From the NCBI GenBank assembly GCA_024704765.1, contig JAKMXF010000343.1, positions 558,001-622,000 of the forward strand: a DNA stretch of 64,000 nt, in the 5' to 3' direction. The notes below the pieces were generated by a model, which saw only the letters and a program-made list of their open reading frames with translations, was not told the DNA's origin and made no database searches. A program made the position numbers and the translations under genes. This stretch comes from Oopsacas minuta. Lineage: Eukaryota > Animalia > Porifera. Each line of letters opens with the position of its first letter. Position 1 is the first letter of the stretch. This document shows, piece after piece, positions 50,515-63,200 of the stretch.

Positions 50515-53500
50515 CTAAATAAATAAATAATTGTAAAATAGAATACAGTAGACCCTCATTAATCAGAAGTTACGAACAGGGCCGAATAGAACATTTCCCA
50601 AAACACAACCTGTGGGAAATGTGTTAAAATGTCCCAAAATACTTAATTGTATACAGGTCTTCAAAATAGGGCTTGGGTAACCTTGGCTGCCCTATTTTTC
50701 ATGAAACAATTCTAGTTCGATTTACCATGAGTCAGCATAGCCGATAGCCGTCTCACTAGCCATGGGCTTCTGAAGGCCCTGATTATATCCAAATCTACTG
50801 AGTACGTGTACTCCTAATTCCTATACTAATAGTAATGTAGAAAAGTATTTCACTAATCAAAGCAGATTGCTTTTTGCACTAGAACAATATTGTTCGCACA
50901 TTCTGACCGCTCGGTGGTTGATGTGATGTGGAGTTTAGAGTGTTATTGGCAATGGTGGAATGACTTTTATCCAATTATTTTGTCGAGGAAATCCATCCGT
51001 GGCCTTTGTAGACGTTTTGACTCGCAGTAGATTAGATATGATGTATTGTATTAAATTCTAGAACCTATAGATATCTTACCAACAGCTGTAATGTATATCT
51101 GTATAGCCAGTGTCTCTATTCCTTCCCAATTAGTAACATAGAACCTGTACAGTCCTTCGTCAGATTGCTGGAAAATATCGAAAGTGATATAGCTCTGTGT
51201 GTCATTATCACTGTTTGGTCTCCGCCATCTCCCTACCAGGTTTGTACTCAGAACTACATCCTCAGACAGTATAGTAAAATCTGCTCTGTTGACATCAGGA
51301 GGCAGAAGAGGGAAAGCGGTGATTATTTGGTTGCCCAGTTGAATTAGAGGTTGACCTAATGAGCATAATTATACAATTAGACAATATCATACAACTGATG
51401 ATTCTAATATACATACAGTGCAAACTCGATAATACAAATATGGTGAATACGAGATTCGGCTAAGACAGACAAATTATTACACAAATTAATGTACCTACAA
51501 TGGATATTCAAATGGTATTACTCCGGCTAATACAAAGGCGAACAGGATTTGACAGTCCGTTGGTGTTCGTATTTACGAGGTTCCACTGAATTAGGCTAAT
51601 GATCTAACTAACTTTGAACGGAGAGTGCAACACTGACCAAAATATTTCCAGATTCGATATCATAACAGTTCAGGGTGATAACGTTCATATCTCCGATATA
51701 AGACGCCAGAGAGTAAATGTTAAGTGGATTGGCCAAAATTCCTGGTAGACCTTGAATCATCCAGTGAATATCAGTAAGTTGTACTGAGTTATCAGCTGGT
51801 GAATAGAAAAGATAGATATCTTCATTATCTATCCCAATCGTGTAATTGTAATAGCTATTCGCTACAGCTTCTATGAGAAAAATACAAAATCATATTCATA
51901 CAAGATTATTCTACTTTGCTATGGTATGTCGGAGTCTACCTGTATAAAAATTTGGGGAGAATAACCCAACTGTATAAGTTCTACTCGTCCCTCCACTCTC
52001 TGTAACTTCACAGCTGTATTATCCAGGTTGAGTAGTGTACACTTGTATAGTACTAATTCCTGTATTAGGATCAGTTGTAGAAGTGAGATCAGTTCTGATA
52101 CCAGATAGATCTACATAACTCCACATCACTTCTGGTGTGTTCATATTCTCTGTAATACAGTAGAGTGTAGTGTCTGTTGTTAGAATTGTGTTGTCTGATA
52201 ATGCAGAGTAAGTTGATGCTATTACTTCTCCGAATACGTCCACTAGAGGATAACAAGCAATATATATAATACAAACGTCTCACGTACATCAAATATTGGC
52301 AATTATTCCTTAAGCAAGTCTTACAATTTGGGCTACATATTCCAGAATTCTGACTATAGAATTATTCAAATTTCAATAACACTTACATTTGGTACCACAG
52401 AAGTAGCAAGGCAGTGTGTCTGTACATGGTGTATCATTCCAAGTGTCTAAGATATTCGTAGTATGTACACACTGTTCAGGAGGTCCACCATTGGGCTGAC
52501 CAGTATCAAATCTCCTGAAATTATTGACAGTACCATCTGCCCAAGTAAATCTCCCGTTAATGTCTGTCTCTCTCAGTCCTATCCAACATTCTATCGAGCT
52601 AGTATTTATGCTAAACAACAAGTTATTCTGTTCACTTGATGATATTGTAACTAGGTCGTAGCCACTTGAAACACATTGTAGTCTAGAATCTTCCCAGTCG
52701 AGTGAGCCTGTGAAATAATTGATACATGTCCCATCACTTGATATAGCATCACATCCACTTGTAGGCACTACAATACAAAGAAAGTATGTGAATGGTAAGT
52801 ATGAGTATAATGTAGTCCGCAAGGATTCAAAATTGCGAACAATGTACTTTACCTGTAGTTGGGTCAGTATCGGGTATTACAGCTGTATAGGTTCTATTCA
52901 TCCCTCCACTCTCTGTAACTTCACAGCTGTAGTATCCAGGCTGAGTAGTGTACACTGTTATAGTACTAACTCCTGTATTAGGATCAGTTGTAGAAGTGAG
53001 ATCAGTTCTGATACCAGATAGATCTACATAACTCCACATCACTTCTGGTGTGTTCATATTCTCTGTAATACAGTAGAGAGTAGTGTCTGTTGTTAGAATT
53101 GTATTGTCTGATAATGCAGAGTATGTTGATGCTATTACTTCTCCGAATACGTCCACTAAAGGATAACAAGCAATATATATAATATAAACGTCTCACGTAC
53201 ATCAAAATTGGCCAATATTCGTAAACAAGCATTACATTTCGGGCTACACATTCCAAATTTCTGACTATAGAATTATTTGAACAAGCAAGCTACGCCTACT
53301 TGCGTTACGCGGAAAGCGAAGTACGCTAGTAAGCGTGCCCACTGTATTCAGTATATTTGCATTTGAACATATGCATATCAACCATTTACATTTCTCAAAA
53401 TACAGGGCAGTAGCCACTAAAATAAAGCGGTCAGGTTAACTTGACAAACCTGACTGAGTGGTCAGGTTAATCCAACCAACCTGATTGATTGGTACCATAT

Positions 53501-56500
53501 TGTGGAAATTCAGTAACTAAAAGTGGTCAGGTTGAAACTTGACCAGTGGCTACGGCCCTGTAATAGCATTACATTGGCCACAAATTCATCAGATTATTAA
53601 ACCTCAGAGATTGTCTGTCTGTCTGTCCGTTGTCAAGAAAAGGATTTACGGTATGCAATTTTGAAATTATCGCATCACTATGTATGTATTCATCGTGTTT
53701 ATCAAGGAAGTAAATAGAATTCAATAAAACTAAATTAAATATATCGAACATGCTGAATCCGATTTTCACACTTGAGGATTAATCATATGTAAATATACTG
53801 TTGTTTTTATGAATATAAGTAAACAAATTTGAAAATTGAGGTAGAATCAGACTTTCAACGACTATACTGGGGTAATCGAGTGTGCTGAGTCAGATTATTG
53901 TAAACAACATTAATAGTACTTAATCTCAATTGTTATTTGTCTGTTTGTTTGTTCGTTGAATACCTCGAGGCGGAATGTGCCAAGTTCATCATGAAGCGAT
54001 GAGCCAAAGGCTCGTTAATCATGAATTCCACATAATATACTTAGGTACAGTTTATGGAAATGATCAATAAGTTATCTACATGACTTTCACCGCTTGTGTA
54101 TTTGAACTACTCAATATAAGCCGTAATATAATTTCTACGTACCGTAATTCAATTCACAAACCTAGATACAGGTTTAAGAAATTGGCATTTGAATAATTGA
54201 TACAATAGAGTCCTCAATGTAGTGGCTTACATAACATAGTTACAGGTTTAACAAATTTGAATTTGAAAAATGTTGCGCAATTGGAACCATTTGCATCCTA
54301 ATTGGACTGGGTTAGAGCCTATATCATATGATTACTACAATTGGTAAATTCTCGAATCTGAAAGGTCAATACATTTTGACACCTATCTCAGAGAGTTTTT
54401 GAGGTAGCACTTAGATCTTATAACTTGTTCCTAGATGTATTCCATTCCACACACGTGCCAAATTCGAAGTTTGTAGTCATTACCAGATCCTTAATCAATT
54501 CCGAACAAAATATAAAAAAACCATCCACAAATGAATATAAAAACACTTACATTTGGTACCACAGAAGTAGCAAGGCAGTATGTCTGTACATGGTGTATCA
54601 TTCCAAGTGTCTAGAATATTCGTAGTATGTACACACTGTTCAGGAGGTCCACCATTGGGCTGACCGGTATCAAATCTCCTGAAGTTATTGACAGTACCAT
54701 CTGCCCAAGTAAATCTCCCGTTAATGTCTGTCTCCCTCAGTCCTATCCAACATTCTATTGAGCTAGTATTTATGCTAAACAACAAGTTATTCTGTTTACT
54801 TGATGATATTGTAACTAGGTCGTAACCACTTGAAACACATTGTAGTCTAGAATCTTCCCAGTTGAGTGAGCCTGTGAAATAATTGATACATGTCCCATCA
54901 CTTGATATAGCATCACATCCACTTGTAGGCACTACAATACAAAGAAAGCATGTGAATGGGAAGCATAATGAGAAATCATAAAGTGTACTGTATCACCAGT
55001 AATCTAATTACCTGTATTTGGGTCAGTATCAGGTATTACAGCTGTATAGGTTCTATTCATCCCTCCACTCTCTGTAACTTCACAGCTGTATGATCCTGGC
55101 TGATTAGTGTAAACTTGTATAGTACTAACTCCTGTATTAGGATCAGTTGTAGAAGTGAGATCAGTACTGATACCAAATAGATTTACATAACTCCACATCA
55201 CTTCTGGTGTGTTCATATTCTCGGTAACACAGTAGAGAGTAGTGTTTGATGTTAGAATTGTATTGTCTGATAATGGTGAGTATGTTGATGCTATTACTTC
55301 TCCAAACACATTCACTACAGGATAACATATCAAAATGGTATATCAAACTGCATGTAAACTTATTAATTACTTACACTTAGTTCCACAGAAGTAGCAATAA
55401 TATGGATCATCACAGATGCCATCATTCCAACTTTCAGCGGCCAGATCCCATGTTTGTACACAGTTTGCAATTGTTCCGCCATTAGGTTCGTTAACATGAA
55501 ATTGTCTAAACGTGCTATTACTACCATCTACCCAAACAAATGTCCCTTCATTCTCTATATCATTGAGTCCTATCCAACACTGAAATGAAGGACCACTTAT
55601 AATACTATATAACAATGAATTCTCCTCAGACGATGACACTGAAGCTAAGTCGTAGCCTCTTGAAAGACACTGTAGTCTAGATTCTTCCCAGCTAATAATA
55701 CCAGAACTTGTCCAATATGTGAAACATGTCCCTTCAGTTGATATTGGATCACAGCCGGTTGTAGGCACTACAATACGTATTTATAATGAGAGGATCAATT
55801 TTATTGGTCATATCCTGTATACGTACATATATATGGTAAATCTCATAAAATACGAAGAAAGACAATGGCAATAACTAATACTGTCAACATGCCGCAACTC
55901 GAGTCCTCATAGAAATCAAAATATTATCGCGATAACGGATAAGGAGCACAAATATTGGAGGTTCCTGGTGTACGTATCAGCGAGAGTCTATTGGAAAATG
56001 TAATGTAATTTACCTGGATTTGGATTTGCGTCAAATATTACAGCTGTATAAGTTCTATTCATCCCTCCACTCTCTGTAACTTCACAGCTGTATGATCCTG
56101 GCTGATTAGTGTAAACTTGTATAGTACTAACTCCTGTATTAGGATCAGTTGTAGAAGTGAGATCAGTACTGATACCAAATAGATTTACATAACTCCACAT
56201 CACTTCTGGTGTGTTCATATTCTCGGTAACACAGTAGAGAGTAGTGTTTGATGTTAGAATTGTATTGTCTGATAATGGTGAGTATGTTGATGCTATTACT
56301 TCTCCAAACACATTCACTACAGAATAACATATCAAAGGATAAGTCCACCTGATATGATACAACTTTGTTGTAAGCAGCAAGAAGATACAAATATATTTCA
56401 TGTAATATTATTTCAGGAAAATACAATATATTCCTAATTCCAGTCAACAATGAATTTTGTATGTAATTCATGCTACTAGAGGTCACAAGTCCCAGCAGGA

Positions 56501-58903
56501 GACACTCTTGTCAGGTTAAATCGGCCATCAAATTTGAAATAATTTAATCCATTCCTTTACGTGATAAATATCATCACTGATATAGTGATATTATTATACT
56601 GAATGATGGGATCAATACATATATGAATTTTAGAAATATGCTAAACCTTGTTGGTTTATGCGTCATGTTGGGCTGGGTCGTGTCGATAAACTCCGCATGT
56701 ATGTACTCTACTACTATACACTGTCCAACAAAAATAAATATATAATATTGTATGTAGGGCCGCTCCCAGGACTCTTTAGTGGGGTGTGAGCAAAGGAAGA
56801 TTTGGGACAAAGTCTCCAACAAATTTTTGAAATACTGTGAAAAAATTTTCAATATAAATGTCGACTTAAACTGATGATGTCATCTATTGAGCTCAAAAGT
56901 ATGGATTATTTGAAGTATAATTCGAAACGAATAGCGACTGGCTAAAAGGTCGTGGCTAGGGATAATTCCTTCAGTATTAAATCACTAATTTCTTTTCTGA
57001 GAAATTCAAATATACAAATATGATCATTTACCTTTAATGCCACAGAAATAGCAAGTAGATATCTGTGTCATACATTGAGCATCATTCCATTGACCATTCG
57101 ACCATATAATTTCTATACAGTGTTCCGTCGATCCACCATTATTGGGCTCACCATTACCAAAATTTCTATACGTACTATCACTTCCATCTACCCAAACAAA
57201 TGTTCCTTCATTATCTATATCATTGAGTCCTATCCAACAATGAGTAGTTCCTGTATTTAGGCCTAACGCCAGTGTATTCTCTGCAGATGATGATATTGTA
57301 GCTAGGTCATAACCGATCGAAAGACACTGTTGTCTAGAATCTACCCAGGAAATTTGAGAGCCTCGGAAATACCTGAAACACGTACCTTCATTTGATATTG
57401 CATCACATCCACTTGAAGGAACTACAATATAGAGGACATAAGATTGATAACATATCGATATCGGCTAAAATTATCCGATGCGATACATATCTGTACGATT
57501 ATATGAAAATAGAAAACATATCGATATATCTGATATATCTAAAATATCGGAAGTATCAGTAAATTATCGAATATTTGTAAATATTGCAAATATCAGAAAT
57601 ATACTTTGGTAATTTCGTTCAGTAAGGATCATTTGAAGACTATATCAATCTGTCTTGTTTAAGAAATATACCAATATGTTGTTGTAACGAAATTGAATAC
57701 GTATTTTACACCATAATCCACATAGAAATTGAGGCAAACATATCTTGTAGCTGTTGCAGAGGTGAATCTCTTGCCAGTGAGAAAATTTGAAATATTTCAA
57801 TTCGAATATTGAATAGGCTCCGTAGTCATTTGGTGCATATCATATATGGAAAGGGAGGTATATCAATATTATTCAATCTCAATTGTTGTTTGTTTGTTTG
57901 TTTGTCGGTTGTCAAGGAAAGGATATAAGGTATGCCATTTTGAAATTGTCGCATAACTATGTATTTTGGTATTGTAAACAACATCAATAGTATTAAATCT
58001 CAATTGTTGTCTGTCCGTTGATATCGATATATATTGTTTTATGAATAGGATTGCTCTAAACGGTTACCCAGGGGGTAACTAAGTATACTGAATCCGTGAT
58101 TCGCATTTTCAAGGTTCTCATATATGAAGTTATAGTTGTTTCTATGAATTTATAAAGGAAATACAAAGTTGAATCTTAAAATATAATTATAGACTTGCTC
58201 TTAACGGCTATAGATGGGTATCAAAGGATGCTGGATTCTAATTTTGCATATTCAAGTTTATCTTAAATTCTTTGTGTTTTTATGACTATAAAGTAAACAA
58301 ATAGTTGAAATATTTATTTATTAATTCAATTTTGCATTTTATACTTTACTAAATTTGAGGCATAAAGTGCCAAGTCACTACCTGTTCGAAAGCCGCGGAG
58401 CGCGAGCAAGCTAAGCTGCTCGTAATTCAGGGCTGTATCAATTCATATTGAGTTGGCAAAATAAACGAATTTTCTTGAATGAATTGAAAGAGTTTACAAC
58501 ACTAATTAAGCCAGAAGGTATAAAAAGTAGGTACATTATATGTTCTAAGAATTGGAAATCATCTAAGGAAATGATGTAACAATGTAGACATTGCTTCAGT
58601 CGTAACAGCAATGCATCAGTTATAAAGTTAGAAACTCAATATTTCGAATTTAACTCTTGGTTATAAAATGAATTGGGAAAATAAACTCATAATTTGGAAT
58701 GAGATTATTGGGTTGGTGAAAGAAAAGTAAACGAGTTGAAAGACAAATATTGAGGTTTTGCCAACTCAAAATGAGTTGATACAGCACTGCCTGACTCGTA
58801 TACATAATAATTATCAAATGAACACAATATACTTACCTTGTGAGTAGACTAGCGTGTGCAACTGAAGCACCAATATCGATAAAATGAAATATAGATGCTT
58901 CAT
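49883..58903 (-). CDS. Receptor gene C (12 exons): SP-(CTL-Ig)4-Ig-Ig-FN3-TM, premature TAA in exon 9
   Basis: Exons sum to 3990 nt in frame; TAA at 52019-52021. Confidence 0.8.
51080..51355 (-). CDS. Gene C Ig-like exon (DEGLY)
   Basis: 276 nt open. Confidence 0.75.
51613..51870 (-). CDS. Gene C divergent Ig-like exon
   Basis: 258 nt open. Confidence 0.65.
51940..52242 (-). CDS. Gene C Ig-like exon with in-frame stop
   Basis: CAA CCT GGA TAA TAC AGC TGT; splice sites intact. Confidence 0.8.
52387..52767 (-). CDS. Gene C C-type lectin exon (QPN)
   Basis: 381 nt. Confidence 0.9.
52853..53155 (-). CDS. Gene C Ig-like exon
   Basis: 303 nt. Confidence 0.85.
54551..54931 (-). CDS. Gene C C-type lectin exon (QPN)
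   Basis: 381 nt. Confidence 0.9.
55012..55314 (-). CDS. Gene C Ig-like exon
   Basis: 303 nt. Confidence 0.85.
55375..55767 (-). CDS. Gene C C-type lectin exon (EPN)
   Basis: 393 nt; WDLAAESWND. Confidence 0.9.
56014..56316 (-). CDS. Gene C Ig-like exon
   Basis: 303 nt. Confidence 0.85.
57032..57421 (-). CDS. Gene C first C-type lectin exon (EPNN loop; not in ORF track)
   Basis: Hand-translated 390 nt open: ...CWIGL...GEPNNGGSTEHCIEIIWSNGQWNDAQC. Confidence 0.88.
58837..58903 (-). CDS. Gene C signal-peptide exon
   Basis: MKHLYFILSILVLQLHTLVYSQ+G, gtaagt. Confidence 0.85.
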
Positions 58904-58909
58904 ATTACC

Positions 58910-59060
58910 CGGTATTAATTGCATCACACACTAAACCATTACTTATATAGCGGTCCTCCTCCTCCTGAATTTGTAACTAGACCCTCTCTTTTTGAAATCT
59001 TTTGCCGTAGGTATTTTTGCTCAATCTCAACCTGCTGTACTTTTTGCAGTAAGTAATTTA
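58910..59060 (-). promoter_or_regulatory. Putative core promoter of gene C
   Basis: TATATAAG and (GGA)4 retained; CCAAT changed to CTAGT. Confidence 0.5.
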
Positions 59061-59934
59061 TTACAGATGTATAAAGTTAAGTTAAATCCCTCATCTGCTA
59101 ATTAGGATCCTCCTTGATGAGGATGTTTGCCGAAGACATTCACTAAAGCTGTTCAATATGTCTGTAAGCTATTTCCACATTGCTAGTCTAACACAGTACA
59201 TAACTAATTAGTTACATTACGAATGTTTCAATAATATTTTTGCTGACGGCATTTTTGATTCATTTGGTCCTGAAATAAGATATACAATTAAATTGAGTTA
59301 CATGTTTGTGAGTGTGGTAGACAGGTATGCACCAAATCATAAGCTTAATGCTTTACCCAAGACTTATTTTCAAGTTTCCAATGGCTGGTATTTAGTCTAA
59401 CATACAAGTGATGGATACAGAAAATTGCATCGTGTTATTCGTGTTTGTAAATATGGTGGGCTTTACATTTACTATGAATGGACAAGACGGTCAATTCTGA
59501 ACTTGGATTTCTGTCACGAATTGATGAACTTCAAGCACTTTCAAGCAATACTATCCTTGTATACTTGTACTTGGTCAGGACTCATAAACTCTTATTCATA
59601 ATATACTCACGTTGGTTCTCGAAGTAATACAATATGCCGTTTACATATATGTAAAAAATGTTTATTGCTTTCCAAAAAGTATGGCAAAAGGGCTTTCCAG
59701 TTATTTCACGAGAATATAATAACCGTCATTTTGTTAATGACACTACGTAATTATACCAAAACTTAGAATGGTGAGACTAGTTTAATCAAATTACAAGATA
59801 TAACTAATGAGCATGAATAATATCAAGCTAATCTACACGGAAATCTAATAAACTGAGGCTATCTAAATCTAAGGCTAACTATCTCAATGAAATCTAACGG
59901 ACACATTATAATCTACGAATATTAAAATGTAAGA

Positions 59935-60225
59935 GGCTTTGGCTCGTCGCTTCATGATGATGACGGCGTATTGCGCCTCGAGGTATTCAACGGACAAACA
60001 AACAGACAAACAACTACTGAGATTCTATAATATTGATGTTGTTTACAATAATCAGACTCAGCATACTCAATTACCCCAGTATAGTCGTTGAAAGTATGAT
60101 TCTACCACCTCAATTTTGAAATTTGTTTACTTTATATTCATAAGAACAACAATAAATTTACATATGAGAAACTTGAAATGCGAATTTCTGGCTCAGCGTA
60201 CTTAATTACCCTTGGATAGCCGTTT
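59935..60225 (-). mobile_element. Helitron-like repeat truncated at the copy D junction (homologues about 12961..13310, 24580..24891, 37365..37800)
   Basis: gagcc-aaa-ggctc-type hairpin end (gaggctttggctc in this copy), (aaac)n; sequence breaks at gccgttt. Confidence 0.55.
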
Positions 60226-63200
60226 TGGAATATGTAACCTAAATTTTAAGACTTGTTTAAGGAATAATTGCCAATATTTGATGTACGTGAGACGTTTGTA
60301 TTATATATATTGCTTGTTATCCTTTAGTGGACGTATTCGGAGAAGTAATAGCATCAACTTACTCTGCATTATCAGACAATACAATTCTAACATCAGACAC
60401 TACTCTCTACTGTATTACAAAGAATATGAACACACCAGAAGTGATGTGGAGTTATGTAGATCTATCTGGAATCAGAACTGATCTCACTTCTACAACTGAT
60501 CCTAATACAGGAATTAGTACTATACAAGTGTACACTACTCAACCTGGATAATACAGCTGTGAAGTTACAGAGAGTGGAGGGACGAGTAGAACTTATACAG
60601 TTGGGTTATTCTCGCCAAATTTTTATACAGGTAGACTCCGACATACCATAGCAAAGTATAATAATCTTGTATGAATATGATTTTGTATTTTTCTCATAGA
60701 AGCTGTAGCGAATAGCTATTACAATTACACGATTGGGATAGATAATGAAGATATCTATCTTTTCTATTCACCAGCTGATAACTCAGTACAACTTACTGAT
60801 ATTCACTGGATGATTCAAGGTCTACCAGGAATTTTGGCCAATCCACTTAACATTTACTCTCTGGCGTCTTATATCGGAGATATGAACGTTATCACCCTGA
60901 ACTGTTATGATATCGAATCTGGAAATATTTTGGTCAGTGTTGCACTCTCCGTTCAAAGTTAGTTAGATCATTAGCCTAATTCAGTGGAACCTCGTAAATA
61001 CGAACACCAACGGACTGTCAAATCCTGTTCGCCTTTGTATTAGCCGGAGTAATACCATTTGAATATCCATTGTAGGTACATTAATTTGTGTAATAATTTG
61101 TCTGTCTTAGCCGAATCTCGTATTCACCATATTTGTATTATCGAGTTTGCACTGTATGTATATTAGAATCATCAGTTGTATGATATTGTCTAATTGTATA
61201 ATTATGCTCATTAGGTCAACCTCTAATTCAACTGGGCAACCAAATAATCACCGCTTTCCCTCTTCTGCCTCCTGATGTCAACAGAGCAGATTTTACTATA
61301 CTGTCTGAGGATGTAGTTCTGAGTACAAACCTGGTAGGGAGATGGCGGAGACCAAACAGTGATAATGACACACAGAGCTATATCACTTTCGATATTTTCC
61401 AGCAATCTGACGAAGGACTGTACAGGTTCTATGTTACTAATTGGGAAGGAATAGAGACACTGGCTATACAGATATACATTACAGCTGTTGGTAAGATATC
61501 TATAGGTTCTAGAATTTAATACAATACATCATATCTAATCTACTGCGAGTCAAAACGTCTACAAAGGCCACGGATGGATTTCCTCGACAAAATAATTGGA
61601 TAAAAGTCATTCCACCATTGCCAATAACACTCTAAACTCCACATCACATCAACCCCGAGCGGTCAGAATGTGCGAACAATATTGTTCTAGTGCAAAAAGC
61701 AATCTGCTTTGATTAGTGAAATACTTTTCTACATTACTATTAGTATAGGAATTAGGAGTACACGTACTCAGTAGATTTGGATATAATCAGGGCCTTCAGA
61801 AGCCCATGGCTAGTGAGACGGCTATCGGCTATGCTGACTCATGGTAAATCGAACTAGAATTGTTTCATGAAAAATAGGGCAGCCAAGGTTACCCAAGCCC
61901 TATTTTGAAGACCTGTATACAATTAAGTATTTTGGGACATTTTAACACATTTCCCACAGGTTGTGTTTTGGGAAATGTTCTATTCGGCCCTGTTCGTAAC
62001 TTCTGATTAATGAGGGTCTACTGTATTCTATTTTACAATTATTTATTTATTTAGAATCTACACAAAGTATCATTAATTTAAGAGCAGAATCTTCCGGGGA
62101 AAGTTCAGTACTCGTATTTTGGGAGTTATCAGAATCTAATGCTAGTTATACTGATGTAATATTCTCAATATATTTGGGATTAGAAGATTATGAATTTCTC
62201 GTTGGTACAACACTATTTCACCATTACGAAATAACTAATCTACAAGGAAATGTAAATTACACAATTCGAGTAGAATTTCAGATCCCATTCTCAACAGAAA
62301 ATGTTTCAGCAACTACTTATCACTTCCGCGAACCAATCGCAACTCCAACTAATAACATCACTCAATCTACAGACAGCAATGTAATAATTCCTACGACTAA
62401 TCCAGTCTTTTACGTCATAGTGGTGGGGGTAGTCATTATTATAATTCTACTGCTGCTGATTTTAGTGATTGCAGTAGTTGTTTGCTTTTTTATGAAGAGG
62501 AACTCTTTGAAAAAATCAGTGAAGTCTCAGACTAATCCTCAGCTTTTTGATCTTCCAGCACGCGGGAATGAAACTTATAACCAAGATGTGAACATAAATC
62601 TTGCATATTCGCCTGAGAAAAAAGTTGACCTTTCAATAGAAAAACCTCCTTTGGAAGCTTCTTCTCCTAACGACTACTCTACCTGAGAATATTTATCGTA
62701 ATTATTGTGTGAAAATACTTTACGAACTAAACATAAGTATACTATTCTTAGATTATAGTGTGTGCATTAGATTTCACTGAGATAGATAGATGCAGATATT
62801 AGATTTTCTTAGTGTATTAGATTTGTGAAGATTATCTTGATTTTTCTTGTTTGAGTTATGTATCTTGTTATTTGATTAAATTCGTTCCCCCTTCGTAGTC
62901 ATTTTAATTAATTCAATAACTTCCCTGGTCCAGGCACCATTTCCACATAATTTGAAATTGATTGGACAATTGTCATCTAATATATATCCCTTAATAATAG
63001 AGTTGTCTTGAGTTGTAATTTATGTCAAAACACGTAAAACATAGATTTGATAATTCAAATGCTCGATATTTTAGGCAAAATACACATTGTGGATTTCCCA
63101 TGTAGTTATTGATATTTCTGAATCGGAGTACACTCTTTGATATATTTGATATTCATAATCCTGAATACAATAAACATATTTTGAAAAGTGAAATACATCG

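Noticed and set aside
668-62686. Treating ORF-track entries such as MDVFGEV... or MGLEDYEF... as separate small genes
   Set aside because: Their starts are TTG/GTG codons created by acceptor-site context or lying within introns or exons; they are exons of multi-exon genes
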